From contig NC_043004.1 in assembly GCF_006345805.1 (NCBI RefSeq), forward strand, positions 87,606,001-87,670,000: a stretch of 64,000 nt of DNA. The letters are read 5' to 3'. Source of the DNA: Octopus sinensis. Its lineage: Eukaryota. The translations under genes were made by a program, and so were the position numbers. This document shows, one piece after another, positions 37,401 through 51,260 of the stretch. The notes below the pieces were generated by a model. It was not told the DNA's origin. It saw nothing but the letters and a program-made list of their open reading frames with translations, and ran no database searches. Every line of letters starts with the position of its first letter. Position 1 is the stretch's first letter.

Positions 37401-40400
37401 CTATAATGAATAATGCAAAGAAATAACAAAGCACAAGGAATTTCATAGTGAGACATATTTGACATGATTATGGAGAAATACTAGATAAAGTAGTAGTAAT
37501 AGTAGGCAGCTACAATTAAGATTATGTAAAAGTCATAATAGACAAGAAAAAAGACATTCTAATAAATGAAATGAGGTTAGGTGAAGAGATAAATATTAAA
37601 ATTGATACAACAATGGTATAAAAAGAAGCCATTGAGTAAACTTGATTGGACTGTATTATTATTAGATTCTTAATCTCTTCTCAAAGAACTTTAGTGGATA
37701 TGAGCCATGTACATTTGTTTGGTAATAAAATATTACCATATTGTCCTGTTCATTACATATGAACAATATGTGTGTAACTGTAGTCTTTGTCATTCTTTCA
37801 ACTGCATTCAAAATCTTCATTGTTAGAAAAAAAAAACTAAATTGCTACATACTTGAATATAAAAAAGTGAGAAGAATATGTTAACTTCTGCTGTGCAGCA
37901 TACATTTTTAAAGATATATCTAATAATTAATGTTAGAATAATGTGATATATATCTTATTACATATATTTCTCAACTTTTAACAATAATGTACATTTATCA
38001 ATGTATAATAATAATGTTTATTCATTAACATATAATAATGGCAAATAACTTTTTTTTTAATCCAATAGTTAAATGCCAAAGTAAACAAAGAAATAAAGTT
38101 AATTTCAATTAATTCAAATGATTCCCTTCCTTAGAGTCACAAAATAGTTGAAAAGATAACAAAATGATGTTGGCAAATGATAAAATTGATATATTACATA
38201 AATAGCTATTATGAAAATACTCTACGTTAACTGGTGAGGAAGTAACTAGAAACAAATAAAAAAAATTCAATCTAAAATGCCATAAAATTGCCAAAACAGG
38301 AACATAGAAAATAAATACAGCAAATAGCAAAATATTTCATTAATAGAAAAAGTGATATAAGGATATTTGAAACAGATCAATTTTTTTCTCTTTTTATTTT
38401 TTGCATCTATCAATAATGAGTTGTTCATAGGCAGTGAAGTTTTCGGAATGAAGAAATGATTTAAAATCATCATTATCATCACAATCATTCAGCTAATCAA
38501 ATATATTTCCCTGGTTACATGAAAATTTTTTAATTCCATCTAAAAGTACAATAAAAGACACCTAACCTTGTACTTAAAATAAAATACACACATGTAATAC
38601 TTATATTGTCAGTAGTACTCAAGGCTTGATGTAGTCAATTCATCAGAGTCCAATGTACTTCAAGTAATATAACAACTCATTTGTAAGCCTGATTACACGA
38701 GCCATTATCTCATTAAGATTTTTGCCAGCCATCACGACTATGCTGCTCACTTCTTAGGGGCTCTGTTATGCAGCCACAATCACGCAATACAACTTATTTC
38801 AATAATACCAGTTGCTAAGAGTGGGCCAAAAGTCATGTGCAGATTAATGAAGGCAAAGCTGTATTTTATACTTCCATCTAACCAGTTATCCACAAATTTA
38901 CAATCAATAAAATATATTACTAACATAATCAGGAAACTATTAATTTTATTAGAGATGAAGAAATGGAAAGTTGTGACACTTATTCATTTCCCCACAGCAT
39001 AAACAATAAAAGCACAGCGTTTCTCATTACAAACAGAAGCTTAATAGAAATAGCTAAACTATATATTTACATGTAATTGCTGAAATAGTTATGACATTGA
39101 AAATGAACATTCTGTAACATTTCCAGTAGCATGCATTTAACACTACCCTAATGCATTTATGTAAAAATATGATAAATTAGCATCACATATGAAAAGCAAA
39201 AATGCAATAAAGTGAGATAATGCCTTGCAGCAGAATAACAAACTGAACTAGATAATTAATTGGTTATACAACTCTAGACTACATTGATTGAGTAGGTTAC
39301 AGGGTCTTTAGTGGTATTCCCCCACCAGCTCATTGATAGATTTGCGCTCCTAACTCCTATATTTACAGATTATCACACCTATTCATGCTTTTCCTTTTCC
39401 CACCTTTCAACTGATCACTTTTCCTATCTTTATTCATTTCACGTTTCTGTTTTTTATTTTGTGTCACATTACTCCCCATTTTTTAAACTATTTTTTCTTT
39501 TTTTCCCCCTCCTACTACTATTCTACAGAAAGGTTCAATACAATAGCACAAACTAATGTTTGGAACCTTAGCAAGATACATACAAGCAAAGTTATAAATC
39601 AGTCTACTGGTTAGTGAATGTACAAGGTCACCAATCTACAGTGTTTTGTTATTCCTCACCCCTTGTCAAAGAATATTAATGGGATGGGTCTTCAAGCAGA
39701 GACTAAATGCCATATAATTAAGGATCTGCAACTGGATGCAACTCCAACAGATAATCTTCTATTCTCCAATCTTAGAATTAAGAAATTTTCTCCAAGCTTT
39801 CTAGCTAATACCAGCTATTTTAGATTCGTAACAGTGCTTGGAATCTAAAACATAATTCTGATATCCAATACTGTAACGTATGAGAGTGATGTGTTTTTGA
39901 ATTTTAACCCCACACAAGTTTAATTCTTGTCATAATTAATTTTAACCTTTAATTACACTGGAGTTAATCAAATATATTTAAATACTAATATAAAGGATTG
40001 AAAATCACACTAAAGCCAAATGAAATTTAGCAGCTGTTCTAGATGCTTAATGAAACTGTTAAATGTATTATAGATATATTCACAGATGAATAGAGTAATC
40101 AATCAACAACAGCAAAATACAAATCTAAAGGGTAATGGCTTATAGTCAACATTATAAAATTGTTTATAAATGGTTTCCAAATCAATTATCAAGATAAATG
40201 CTAGCTACACAATAAGATAATATATCAGTTGGAATAATACACTGGGTAAAAAGCAGCTGATTTGTGGATGTATGTATAGAGTTATATATCAATATTGTTT
40301 CACATATTATGTCAGTATATTAGCATTATTGTTAGGTGGTCGATGCATTATATTTGCAATGTCTCCATATTCCAATATTACAGAGTCTAAATTAAAAGAC

Positions 40401-41189
40401 CTTAGAGTTAATTAAAATATGTTAAAGCCACAAATCTGGCAAGATTTCAGTGATGTAAGTGTTGCTAAGTATTGCTAGCATAAAATTCTCATTCAGAACA
40501 AAAAACGTCTATAAATTTATAAAAATCACTTAATGTTGAACCTTCAAAGTTTAATTTAGGGGAGATTTGCTGGGTTTTAGTTCAACTGGAAAACTGAAAT
40601 GACAAAGAAATGTGCATTCACATGCTTTTATATAGTAAATAGCTATCTCTAAACCCTATCATCATCTTTCTATCATTGATACATCTACTACTATATTTCT
40701 TCAGCTGATAATAATGCTATTTGTCAAGCCATTTGGATTTCAAAATCAACTTCCAAATGATTAGAAAAAAGTAAACAAAAATAAAATAAAATAAAACAAT
40801 GATAATTAAACATTGTATGTAGAAACTCACCATTTAAGGAAAGCGAGTAAATTAAATGAAGATTGCAAAGAGGTTGTAAAGTTATGTAGCAAACAATTCT
40901 TTTGAACTTACAAGTGAGAGATCAATAGTCCATCACCTTAAACCTACAGCTATTGAAAAGCAGTTCATTTCATCAATTATATCTATTTTCTCAGTTGAAA
41001 AGATATGTTTTATCTAAATTGATATTATATTCAATATCTAAATCTATATATTAGGTAAATTCAATATTTTGTAATATAGCTAAAACATATTTTAGAAACA
41101 AATATCAAATTAATGAAAATATGCTTAAAAACAAGACACTTTTTTCTACTTAAATGGAAAAGTGATGTTGTGTGTACGTGTGTGTGTGT

Positions 41190-41930
41190 GTTACACAAAT
41201 AAATGATATATTATGATGTAGTCTGGTGAATAGTAAGGAAATTATGTGTATGCTAGTGAGAGCCATACAAGACATATATAGAAATACTGCCAACAAGGTA
41301 TGAATCAATAATAGATTCAGCAAGGAATTTAGCATACTTTTAGATATCCACAAGGGTTTGGTTCTCAAACCTTTCCTGTTTATTGTAGTTCTCTAGGAAA
41401 TAACAATAGAGTTTAAGACAAGCCATTTGTAAGAGTTCCTAAGCAATGATCTAGTTCTTATAGCTGCTGAAGATTTAGAAAAGAAATTCTAAATGAGGAA
41501 GTAAAATCTAGAATGAAGAGGCATCAAAGTAAACTTAGCAAAGATTAAAATTTTAATAAACAAGAAATAAGAGAACTGTCATTTGTAAAATGGCCATGTT
41601 CAATATGGAGAAAAGGAGTAAAAATCCACATGGTGTACCATAGATACATGCTCTGGATGTGTAACATTGGTGTACATGAACAATGAAAAACAAATGAGCT
41701 AAGGAATTAGATGTAGTATGCTAGAGAGAAGACTGAGCTAGAACAGACATACAATACTTATGAAGGATGAAATTAAGTAAAGAAGTGCCAAGCAATCTAA
41801 ATGGAAGGAAGACCGAGGAAGATATGGTGATAAAGTAGTGAAAACTGATCTCAGGAAGCTGAAACTCATAGGAGATGTGGTAAGTAGTGAGGTGCTCTGT
41901 TTGAGAAGATCCATCTAGTCCAAGCAATGA
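41190..41930 (+). mobile_element. Internally deleted RTE LINE (RT core plus C-terminus), ending ~100 nt upstream of exon 2
   Basis: Remnants LVRAIQDIYRNTANKV, HKGLVLKPFLFIVVL*EIT.EFKT, DLVLIA, GIKVNLAKIKIL, WPCSIWRKGV, MLWMCNIGVH and GRPRKIW*DKVVKTDLRKL. Confidence 0.85.
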
Positions 41931-42030
41931 TGAAAAAAATGATCATAAAAATGGTGATGATAGTGATAAGCCATATGCATGCTAGTCAAGTAATTAACAG
42001 TTTAAGAACACTGTTCTATTTTTCTTTCAG

Positions 42031-42202
42031 ATTGCATTTGGAATAGCAATGTCATTACCTGTTGATGACAGCATACGATTTGGTTTACTTTCCACAACTT
42101 GTGTACCAGGAGGTGGTTTGGGACTAAGTATCACGTCTGTCACAGAAGGGGAGATGAACCTCAGCATAAGTATGAATGTCATCAGTATGGTAGCAATGTT
42201 GG
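42031..42202 (+). CDS. SLC10-family transporter, coding exon 2 (172 nt)
   Basis: Acceptor tttttctttcag at 42019-42030 and donor GTAAGT at 42203. Translates IAFGIAMSLPVDDSIRFGLLSTTCVPGGGLGLSITSVTEGEMNLSISMNVISMVAML-G, which aligns without gaps to the SLC10 CCPGGTASN...GDMDLSVSMT segment. Phases fit both neighbouring exons. Not present in the ORF track. Confidence 0.93.
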
Positions 42203-42399
42203 GTAAGTATTACTAAACACAAATACATATAGCTTATCATAATATAAAACTCCAATATAAACTAAATATAAATTTCACCAAAAAATTAAACAAATCATAT
42301 ATATATATATATATATATATATAGAAAATGTAAGATTTTACATTTGATTTCCCAGAATGAATAAATTATATTTATTCTCATTGGAAACTATAATTTATA

Positions 42400-42905
42400 A
42401 AGCCCCACCCCACATCCATTCCCCAGTTCTGATTCTCCCATACATTCCTTCTACCCATCCACACTCCTGGTTCCTTTTCCCCCATTCACTTCTAATCACC
42501 TTATACCTTGAGGATCCATCCAATTACCTCATCACCACTATTTTTATTTTTTCCCAGCTCCACCCAATCATCTCCACTTCTAAATTCTGAGTAGCCAAGT
42601 AGCTCCTTTACAGCAAGAAACCTGTTCCCCATTGGCCTCTTCCCTTATACTTTAATCCCACATTTCCTAGTATAAAACCACATCTCTTTGGGTTTGTAAT
42701 CTTGCAAGCTGCATGGTGTCCTCACTATGTTGGTGGCATTAAAAATAAAAGCACTCAGTATATGTTGTAAGGTGGTTGCCATTATAAAGGGTATCTAGCC
42801 ATAGAAAGCATGCTAAAGTAGATAATGAAATATGATGCAGTCTTTTAACCCATCAAACTGTTTAACTCATGTCAGCATGGAAAATGGACATTAAATGATG
42901 GATGA
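42400..42905 (+). mobile_element. Pyrimidine-rich repeat body followed by tail Y
   Basis: C/T-rich body, then aaaagcactcagtatatgttgtaaggtggttgcc..gtcagcatggaaaatggacattaaatgatgg. Confidence 0.6.
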
Positions 42906-45823
42906 TATATTGAGCATGACACCCCAATTCACACATTTGTTTCAAACAGAAAATTACAAAGAGCTTTGAATTTAAATGTTATCATAAAAAACTTTTCCCT
43001 AAATGAACAAAAATTTATAGAAATGAAGAAAATGTATTAAGTAGGAAAAGCAAACCTAGTTTGTTATCAGTTTAACACCACCGACACCCTTGGATGTCTT
43101 TAACAGAGTTCATACTTTTGTAAGCATTTGGACCAGGTCTACAGTCTAAGGATAAATGTGTTGCGTTTATCTTATAGAAAGATGGATCAATTGTTATTGC
43201 CAGAAATTGATAAAATGAATGAAGTTTAACTGGAAATATAATGGGATAAATAAAATTCAATATGAAAGATATCAAATTAAGTGCAAAAGAATAAGATTCT
43301 TTTAATGTAAACACAGATGTTTTAATATATAAGAATAAATTGCCAATAATTGTGTAATGTTGGCTCTTCATTTACATATTAGTCAGTATTTGTTAAAAAT
43401 AATTTATTTCTTTGACTCACTAGTGTTTTATAAAGATCTAATAGATATTTGATTAAATTGCTGAACTTATGATTGCCATAACATACTTCAGACAGTTAGA
43501 TCATAACTACTTCTCCAAAGGAAAAAGAAAAAACAAAACATGGCATATGTTCAAATCTAACATAAGAATTTTGTTGAGTATGGAAATAAAATTTTCTGTG
43601 TGCATATCTTGTTTTAGTGACTGGTGATATCACATTGGTGTGAAAGCAATTAAGTGACAGACAATACTCAGTACTGTTAAAAAGAGCAGAGTAAAAGTTT
43701 TTCAGAGCTGAGTCTGTGCAAGTCATTACTCAGAAGTTCTTATTCTCAATCCTCAGGTGATTGGTCTTTTGAATTTTTTTTTTTTATATATAACACATCA
43801 ATTGGATCCATTAGGATCATACTAAAGACTCAGTTATACACTTATACATGGAACCAGAAATTCTTACCAAGTGTAACATCTATAAAAATTTGAAGATGAA
43901 GTGATCTATAGAAACGATTTTTGATAAATTTGTATGAAAAATTCTATAAAGAGGTCTCTTGAAGGAGCCTGTGGTGAACTATTGAATACACACAAATGTA
44001 GAAAATGCATACATTTGTACATGTGTATATGTCCATGTGTGTCTAAGGTGAATCGCTTTGAGTCAGTAGATTAATTTTTTTAATGAAAAGTTATTCTACT
44101 ACTGATATGTAAAACAATTATATGATATAGAAAAATTATTGGAATTAAATATTACTATTCTTGCATAAATACTCATGTTTTAAAATGTAACAGTTAACAG
44201 AGATGAACCAAAGTATATTACTGATGTTTTTTATCTATGGATCCCAGTTTCATGAAAGGCAATTCTAGCAGGATTGGAGCTGAAGATATTAAACTGGCTG
44301 CTATAAACTGTCAAGTTCAGCTCTCTTCTATTTGTGTTCTCATTACAGAAACAAACTACATTAAAATCAGATAATAGTTTTGAGGAAAATATTTATGAGC
44401 AAACATGTTGTGACAAATAAGACACTTAAAAATTGATAATTTAGGAGTCTTACAACTGCAAGACTTTAAACTGTTAAACTCAATATTATCTTATTAACAC
44501 TTATATGACAATTTTGCTGATCTTTTACTAGAAAGAAGGGCTGATCTTTTCAATATACATATATTCTCTCCATTGAAATTTAACTATAGCATTTTAACCA
44601 ATAACAACCTTATTATTTTAATAACTTTGAAAAAAATAATTGTTTTCTTTGGTGTAGAGACATCAGTGGGCTTTAAAATCTAAGGAAATATTGACAAAAA
44701 TTGATTTTTATTCTAAAATAGGGAAAAGAAAAATGGTTGGAAAATGAAACTCAATGAAAAATGGGAGGAAATTTAAACATTTCTATAATGGTAACTGAAA
44801 TATTTAATGAAGTAGCTAAACCATGTTAAAACATGTACTTGAAGGGAATCTATTAAAAAAAATTCATTTTATTTTATCCTATTCCTCTATGTAACAGAAA
44901 AATTCAGCTAATTTTTTCCTATGTATAATTGGAACAAATAAAGCAATAAAAGTCAATGCATATATTAAAAAAAAAAAAAGTACAGATAGTATAATTTCCA
45001 AAAGTTATACAAAGTAAAGGTTTTAAAAAGATCAATAGCTTCCATTTTGATTTTAAATATGACAACATAAAAAAGTAAAGAATGCTTGGAATTTCTCTCT
45101 TTATCTCATTCAATATGAACATGTGTATAAGCACATGCATACTTAGACACATTTCTTACATCTGTTAAGTAATTGAAAACTGACGAAGATGATGATGATA
45201 ATACTGATATTACTAATAATAATGTTGAAACCAAATGAAACCATATTTTAGTTTATATAGCAACCAAATGAAAGAAAATAAATTTACAGCTGTTAAGCCA
45301 CAAAAATGGGAAGGCAACAGTGAAAGGCATATTCTTTGATTTTTACATTAAAATTACTCTAAGTTTATATCATGGGGTACACAAACAGCTGTGGATTGCT
45401 AAAAAAAAGAAACATTGACATGTTTTGATGAGAATAGAATATTAATGTTTTCTGCCCTTGCATTTTCTCATATGAAGTCATCTGAATTAGCAGCAGATGG
45501 AACATTCTGGAGATTGCAATTTTCTAAACCCCTGCTTATTAAGACCTATCAATGTAAGGTATCCTATCTAAAACTAAATAGTTAATACAAATAAAGGCAG
45601 AAAAGGTCTACAAGTTGTAATAATTTATTTCAAATGAAGTCATTGGACACATACAGATGAAGAGCAGTTAAAACAAATTTGTTATTGGATGAAATTCAAC
45701 ATACACACAATATTCATTTTATATAAATATGAAACACTTGCAAAATTTTTCTTATATCCCATCAAAAGAAACTCCATCATGTGTGCCATACTGTGCAAAT
45801 AAAACAAGTTTACAATAATTTAA

Positions 45824-46043
45824 CCCATTCGTTACCAACCTGGCTGAAACTGGCTCTGGATCTGAGTACAAATGTCTTGTTTTCATAAGTTTTGAATAAA
45901 AATCTTCCACCAAACCTTAGTCACAATTTATGTTCCTAACAGTAGCTAAATGATAACTAAGTTATTTTACTAAATTCTTTGTAATGTTTAAAGTAATTGA
46001 AAGAAACAGAAAGCATCTCAAAATAAATACAGTAACGAAAGGG
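45824..46043. mobile_element. piggyBac-type MITE (220 bp), same family as 32300
   Basis: TTAA at 45820-45823 and 46044-46047; TIRs CCCATTCGTTACC / AGTAACGAAAGGG; the interior is nearly collinear with 32300-32499. Confidence 0.9.
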
Positions 46044-49000
46044 TTAAATAGAATAAACAGAGTGAGGTGCCCACAACATAACTACTGGTTAATGGTATTT
46101 TCTCCATTTCATATTTTTATAATTCACAAATTTTATGCCTCACTGTAATTTAGTTAACTATAGATGTTACACCACATCACAGATGGAAAACATGATAATT
46201 TTTCACACATATATAGAATATGTCATATTAACCAAGCAATTCTCTTACCATTACTTCAGCAAGTGTGGTGAAGTCTATACATTACTAAGGAGGTTTAATA
46301 AAAATGAAATACATCTGTAGTTGTTTTTGTATGTGCCAAAATGGTATTAGTTATTGAGCCAATGTTGTCTTTTCCTTAGTGAATGAATATTTCTAATTAG
46401 ACTTAGACCTTTGATGCCCATTTTATTAAATATGTTAAAATTAACTTAACTATCATCCATGTAACTGCTAAGTCATTTAGTAGACTACTTTTCTGTGTTA
46501 AAAAAAAAGAAACCTAACCTTTCATTGATCTGGCATTGATATATTAAATAACAGAAGCATGGAGAGAGAATTAGATAATAAAAAAATTTTACTATCTAAT
46601 ATAATGAGTTGATGGATTATCATTAAATGTTCAATTAAATTATTGTCACAAATGTACTGGATCACATTTCCTCCAACAACAACAACAAAAACATACTGAT
46701 AAGCATAATTTCAATTATATTCTACTTAATATCTTTTAAGGTGATAATTGTTTTGCTCGATACATGCAAGAGGATTATAGCAATATATTTTTTTAATAAA
46801 TTCCTATTTGTAAGGTTCATAATCATCTCGAAATATAATCATTACTTATCTAAGGCAAGTATAAAATCAAGTTATATCATTTAATCAGATGTTAGGTATA
46901 CAGTTCTAAAAAAACCAGAAAAATAGAAATAAAAGAAAATCCATCAAACGATCAATTATGAGACTTACGCACTGTCTGAGACAATCAAAGAACTTTTATG
47001 CAGTTGCTCAACATAACAGAAATAGCAGCAAAATCCTCCTCAAATTTCACTCACCATCTTGAAAAAGGACAGGATGATCTTTATTGGAAAGCTTTTGATC
47101 ATAAATTTGCTTAACAAGGATGGTGTGAGGCTAAATAACAACAATAACATCAAGCTAATTTGTCACCTTGTAGCAATTTTGGTCAATTCTGCAAAGAATA
47201 GTTTCCTGTGACAATAACAGGAATCAAAATTTGTCTCACGAGTAGAGTCCATTCACTTTAGTCAGGCTTTCCAATGCAAATAGACCCTATTTTTGATTGA
47301 GGGGACATGTAATGAGCATTTAATATCAAACTGATCCTGCACAGCCTCTATAAGCAGGTAGATAGCTTACTTGACTGTGAATGTTTCACTTTGATGAATC
47401 ACAATTTCAATAAATATTGAGACAGAAAGAATTAATAAAAAACAGAATTTATGAAGAAATTGATGAAACAACAGAGACACATCTATTCATGTAGATTTAT
47501 AGTGACTAAGAATATAACATAAAACATAGTAACATAAAATATAACTGACATTCACATATTTCATATGATGAAAATGATATTCATATGATGAGAATGAAAT
47601 AGAATATCATAATTTAAAAGCAAGTGAAAATTATTATGTATATAAAACCCAATTTTCAAATGGTAGAGTAATAAAGAAGCACTAGGAAGTGGAGGAAATT
47701 AAAGAGATTAATGCACAAGACAAAAAGAAATGGACACTGCCACTAAACAATATGGTATGTGTATGCTGACAGGTAAATGGCAGTGAAAAATGTAGCTTTC
47801 TGGTTTGATGAGAATTATGAGCAGTTTTTCAAACAAAAAAGAAAAGTGATTGAAGATGATGATGGTGAGGATACTAATTCGCTATTAACTCTTAAAATTA
47901 TTTACAATTCTATTTAACTTTAATGCAATGCTACTTTTATATGGTATAAATTCTAATACACTATCATATATAAGTTTATAATACATTTTGTCCATACTTT
48001 TTAAAAATTAAATATTAAAGGAGCACATTATTCATGAGAACTAAATGTTATCCATCTTTCTAGTTAATACATAGCCTTATTCTGGATGATGTAGTTGGAA
48101 AGAAAATTATATTGTTCAAGCTAAGTAATGTGCAATGAAAATTTTAAATCATCATAATGATGTTTCATTATTTTATGACAGTGATAATACATTAAATGTT
48201 CTTTATATTTCGTAAGTATTCCCACATCAAAAATTGTATTGATCATGGGTCTTTCCACAATTGATTCAGAAGTAAAATGTAAAACTAAAACAGAAGCAAT
48301 TAAAGGATGAAATGTATTATGTTTGTCTATACACTGCTACATATCAGCCTGAGTATAATTACTGCTACAAGAACATATACTTGGAATATTGTGTTTCAAT
48401 AACCTGCTATAATAGAAATCATTAAAAATATATACAATGTATATAAAAATATCTCTTTTTATACTATTAAATAATTTTTGCTTTATATGCTAAACGAAAT
48501 ACATTGCATAGTTGAAAACAAATTGTCAGATCTTGAATGTCTGATGTTCAAAGCACAAGAATCCAACAAACATTTTATATAAAAAAAATCATAGTAAAAA
48601 AATTAGAGGGCTTTGAGAAATCCATACTTAAATGTTTGTTCTTTTGTCACAACACATAGAAAATTGAGTTTTCTCTTGTTTATGTATATCATCAAAATCA
48701 AATATAACAGAAACATCGTCATGTGATTTCCACAATGTTGACTTTATGGTAGGTATACTTTTATGGTCTATTACACTGATAAAGTTCAAAGGTCACCTTC
48801 AAAATTATATTATTTTGTTTTGAATTTGTCAACTTCCCAATATATTTTAAACAGTAGTTATAATAAAGCAGATAATTTTTCCCCCCATAAATTATAATAC
48901 TTTAAAGAGTCAGTGCATCTTATAGATAGGGTATGTTTTTCTGGGATTTCATTGTTCATAATTTTGGTGCACATAATACATGAGTATGTATTATATATGA

Positions 49001-49549
49001 ATATAGTAATTTAAAACCATCAAGAACAAAAAGTTTCTCTTGTAGTTCAAATATTCTGAACTAGTTTAAAAGGAATACATGCTTTATCAATATTGATATT
49101 TAAGGCTATACTGCTTATCAGCAAATTAGAGTTGATTCAATAACTTCTTACATTTCAAATTTCAAAAATGAAATTTAGCTTATTACGAGTGCATAAACAA
49201 TATTCATATGAATTTTAAAAAAGCTATAGATTACAATGTATTATAATTGCTTTTATACAAAATTCTTGTGTATATATTTATTTATAATTATAATGGGATA
49301 AATTCTCACACCTAAAACAGGTGTGAGAAATTTATCCCAAAAGCACCATAAAAATTTATCAACTTTTAATTTTATTTTCTGTACTGAGATTCTAACCAGA
49401 AAACTTACTATATAACTGGTTTGTTGAAAACAGATTCTGTAATCCATAGGTACAAACTAAGATGGTTTAGAAAAGAAATTTACTAAAGACTCATTCACAC
49501 AACATTTTTATATATAACTAAAAACCACATGTATGCTAATTGCTGTAAC

Positions 49550-50740
49550 CTAAGATTGGTTATGTCTCCCACACTCATTAACCTACTCACTCTTACTTCT
49601 AACAATACACATGCAGATGACTACTACTCTTCATTCCTTCTTAATCTTCTACATCATATCTGGAGCAGCACTGAAAAGAGAAACCTCAAAACATACTTTG
49701 ATAGCGACATTTCAATCTATATTTCCACACCAACACCAAGACAACTGTTGCAAATATGAAAGACAAAGTTTCTATCACATAACTGAAGTTTCCAAAATTG
49801 TTACAAAAGTTATACTTTACAATCTCTGATGCCGACCTTATATGTATAATGCAACAGTATTCTAAAATCTAAGCTTCCTCTTCAAGGCAAAAAAAATGTT
49901 TGGTTTTTATTACTTGTTGATTCTTTGCAGTGCAGAAGTATGAATGACAAAGTACTGTGCTTTAATGCATAAAACTGTGTACTGCTTTTACTCCATACCA
50001 ATGCACATATACACATTATAGACAACATGTGGAGGCACAATGACTCAGTGGTTAGGACAGCAGACTTGCAGTCAGAGGATTGTGGTTTCGATTCCCAGAC
50101 TGGGCGTTGTGAGTGTTTATTGAGCAAAAACACCTAAAGCTCCACGAAGCTCCGGTGGGGGTGGGGGTGAATTCTACTGTATTCTTTCACCACAACTTTC
50201 TCTCACTCTTTCTTCCTGTTTCTGTTGTACCTGTATTTCAAAGGGCCTTGTCACACTCTGTGTCACGCTGAATCTCCCTGTGAACTACATTAAGGGTACA
50301 CATGTCTGTGGAGTGCTCAGCCACTTGCACATTAATTTCATGAGCAGGCTGTTCTGTTGATTGGATTAACTGGAACCCTTGTAATAGTAACCAACAGAGT
50401 GCCACGATAGATAATATGTCCCCATCAAAATCCATTCAATTAATTAGCAAAGATTCATTAATAAAGATGCTACAAACATTGGCTTACAGATACCTTTTTC
50501 CTCTCTGACTCTTGTACCACTACTACAAACCTCCAGCTCTGATAAATTAGTTATCCCTTCACCCAAGCCAATCTGACATAGCTCCTCATGTTATTGTCTC
50601 ACCTTCCAGAACCAACACTAAATACTTTTCCTAATCATTTCTCATACAAGTGCATTCATCTAGAATAACCTTGCCACACACATTTTTCTTGATCATGTCA
50701 ACCTTTAAATGTTCAAGCTGAACATTAATCACATCAATCA
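49550..50740 (+). mobile_element. Decayed CR1/Jockey-type LINE 3' half, split by a SINE
   Basis: MSPTLINLL..NNTHADD (YADD-like, 49610-49621) lies before the SINE. After it come KSIQLI, LQTLAYR, SSLTL.YHYY and *NNLATHIFLDHVNL*MFKLNINHIN. Confidence 0.75.
50031..50404 (+). mobile_element. tRNA-derived SINE with clear Pol III A and B boxes
   Basis: A box tgactcagtgg at 50041-50051 and B box ggtttcgattcc at 50084-50095 in a tRNA-like head, followed by ~300 nt of non-tRNA body. The acceptor stem does not pair, so this is not a tRNA gene. Confidence 0.8.
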
Positions 50741-51260
50741 AGGTTGAGATGACCTGCAAATATTACAACACTTATCCTCCACTGACTAAATAATGAGAGG
50801 TAAATAACAAAATACCAGTGAACTTAGTTGTAAATTGATTCAGGAATATCCATTTTGGCAAAGAGACTGTAGTGGTATTTCTGTTAGAGTGCTGTTCTGC
50901 CACCTATGTACAGCATTTTGGTGAAGTCAATATGAGACAGACAAGGATGTGAACATGGTTGATTACAGGTGTAAGAAGTTATAAAAATGTAATATTTTTT
51001 AATAGATTAATATATGTTTGCATTTTTTAATCTTCAAGTTTCATTGTTAACTTTACTAATAATAGTTTTTTTTTCTTCAAAAATTATAATTTTATTAAGA
51101 AATATTTTTGCAAACTTTTCATTTATAATCTTGCTTTAGAAATAATTGACTTATAGTTATTATTGAATTAAAACCATGATTTACTAAAAAATAAAATAAA
51201 AGCTTACAGTTTTCATTCTATAACAATAAACAATACTAACATAACTTCTGTTTCTTACAG

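Noticed and set aside
50031-50105. Possible tRNA gene
   Set aside because: A and B boxes are present, but the acceptor and anticodon stems do not pair properly and the sequence continues into a SINE body.
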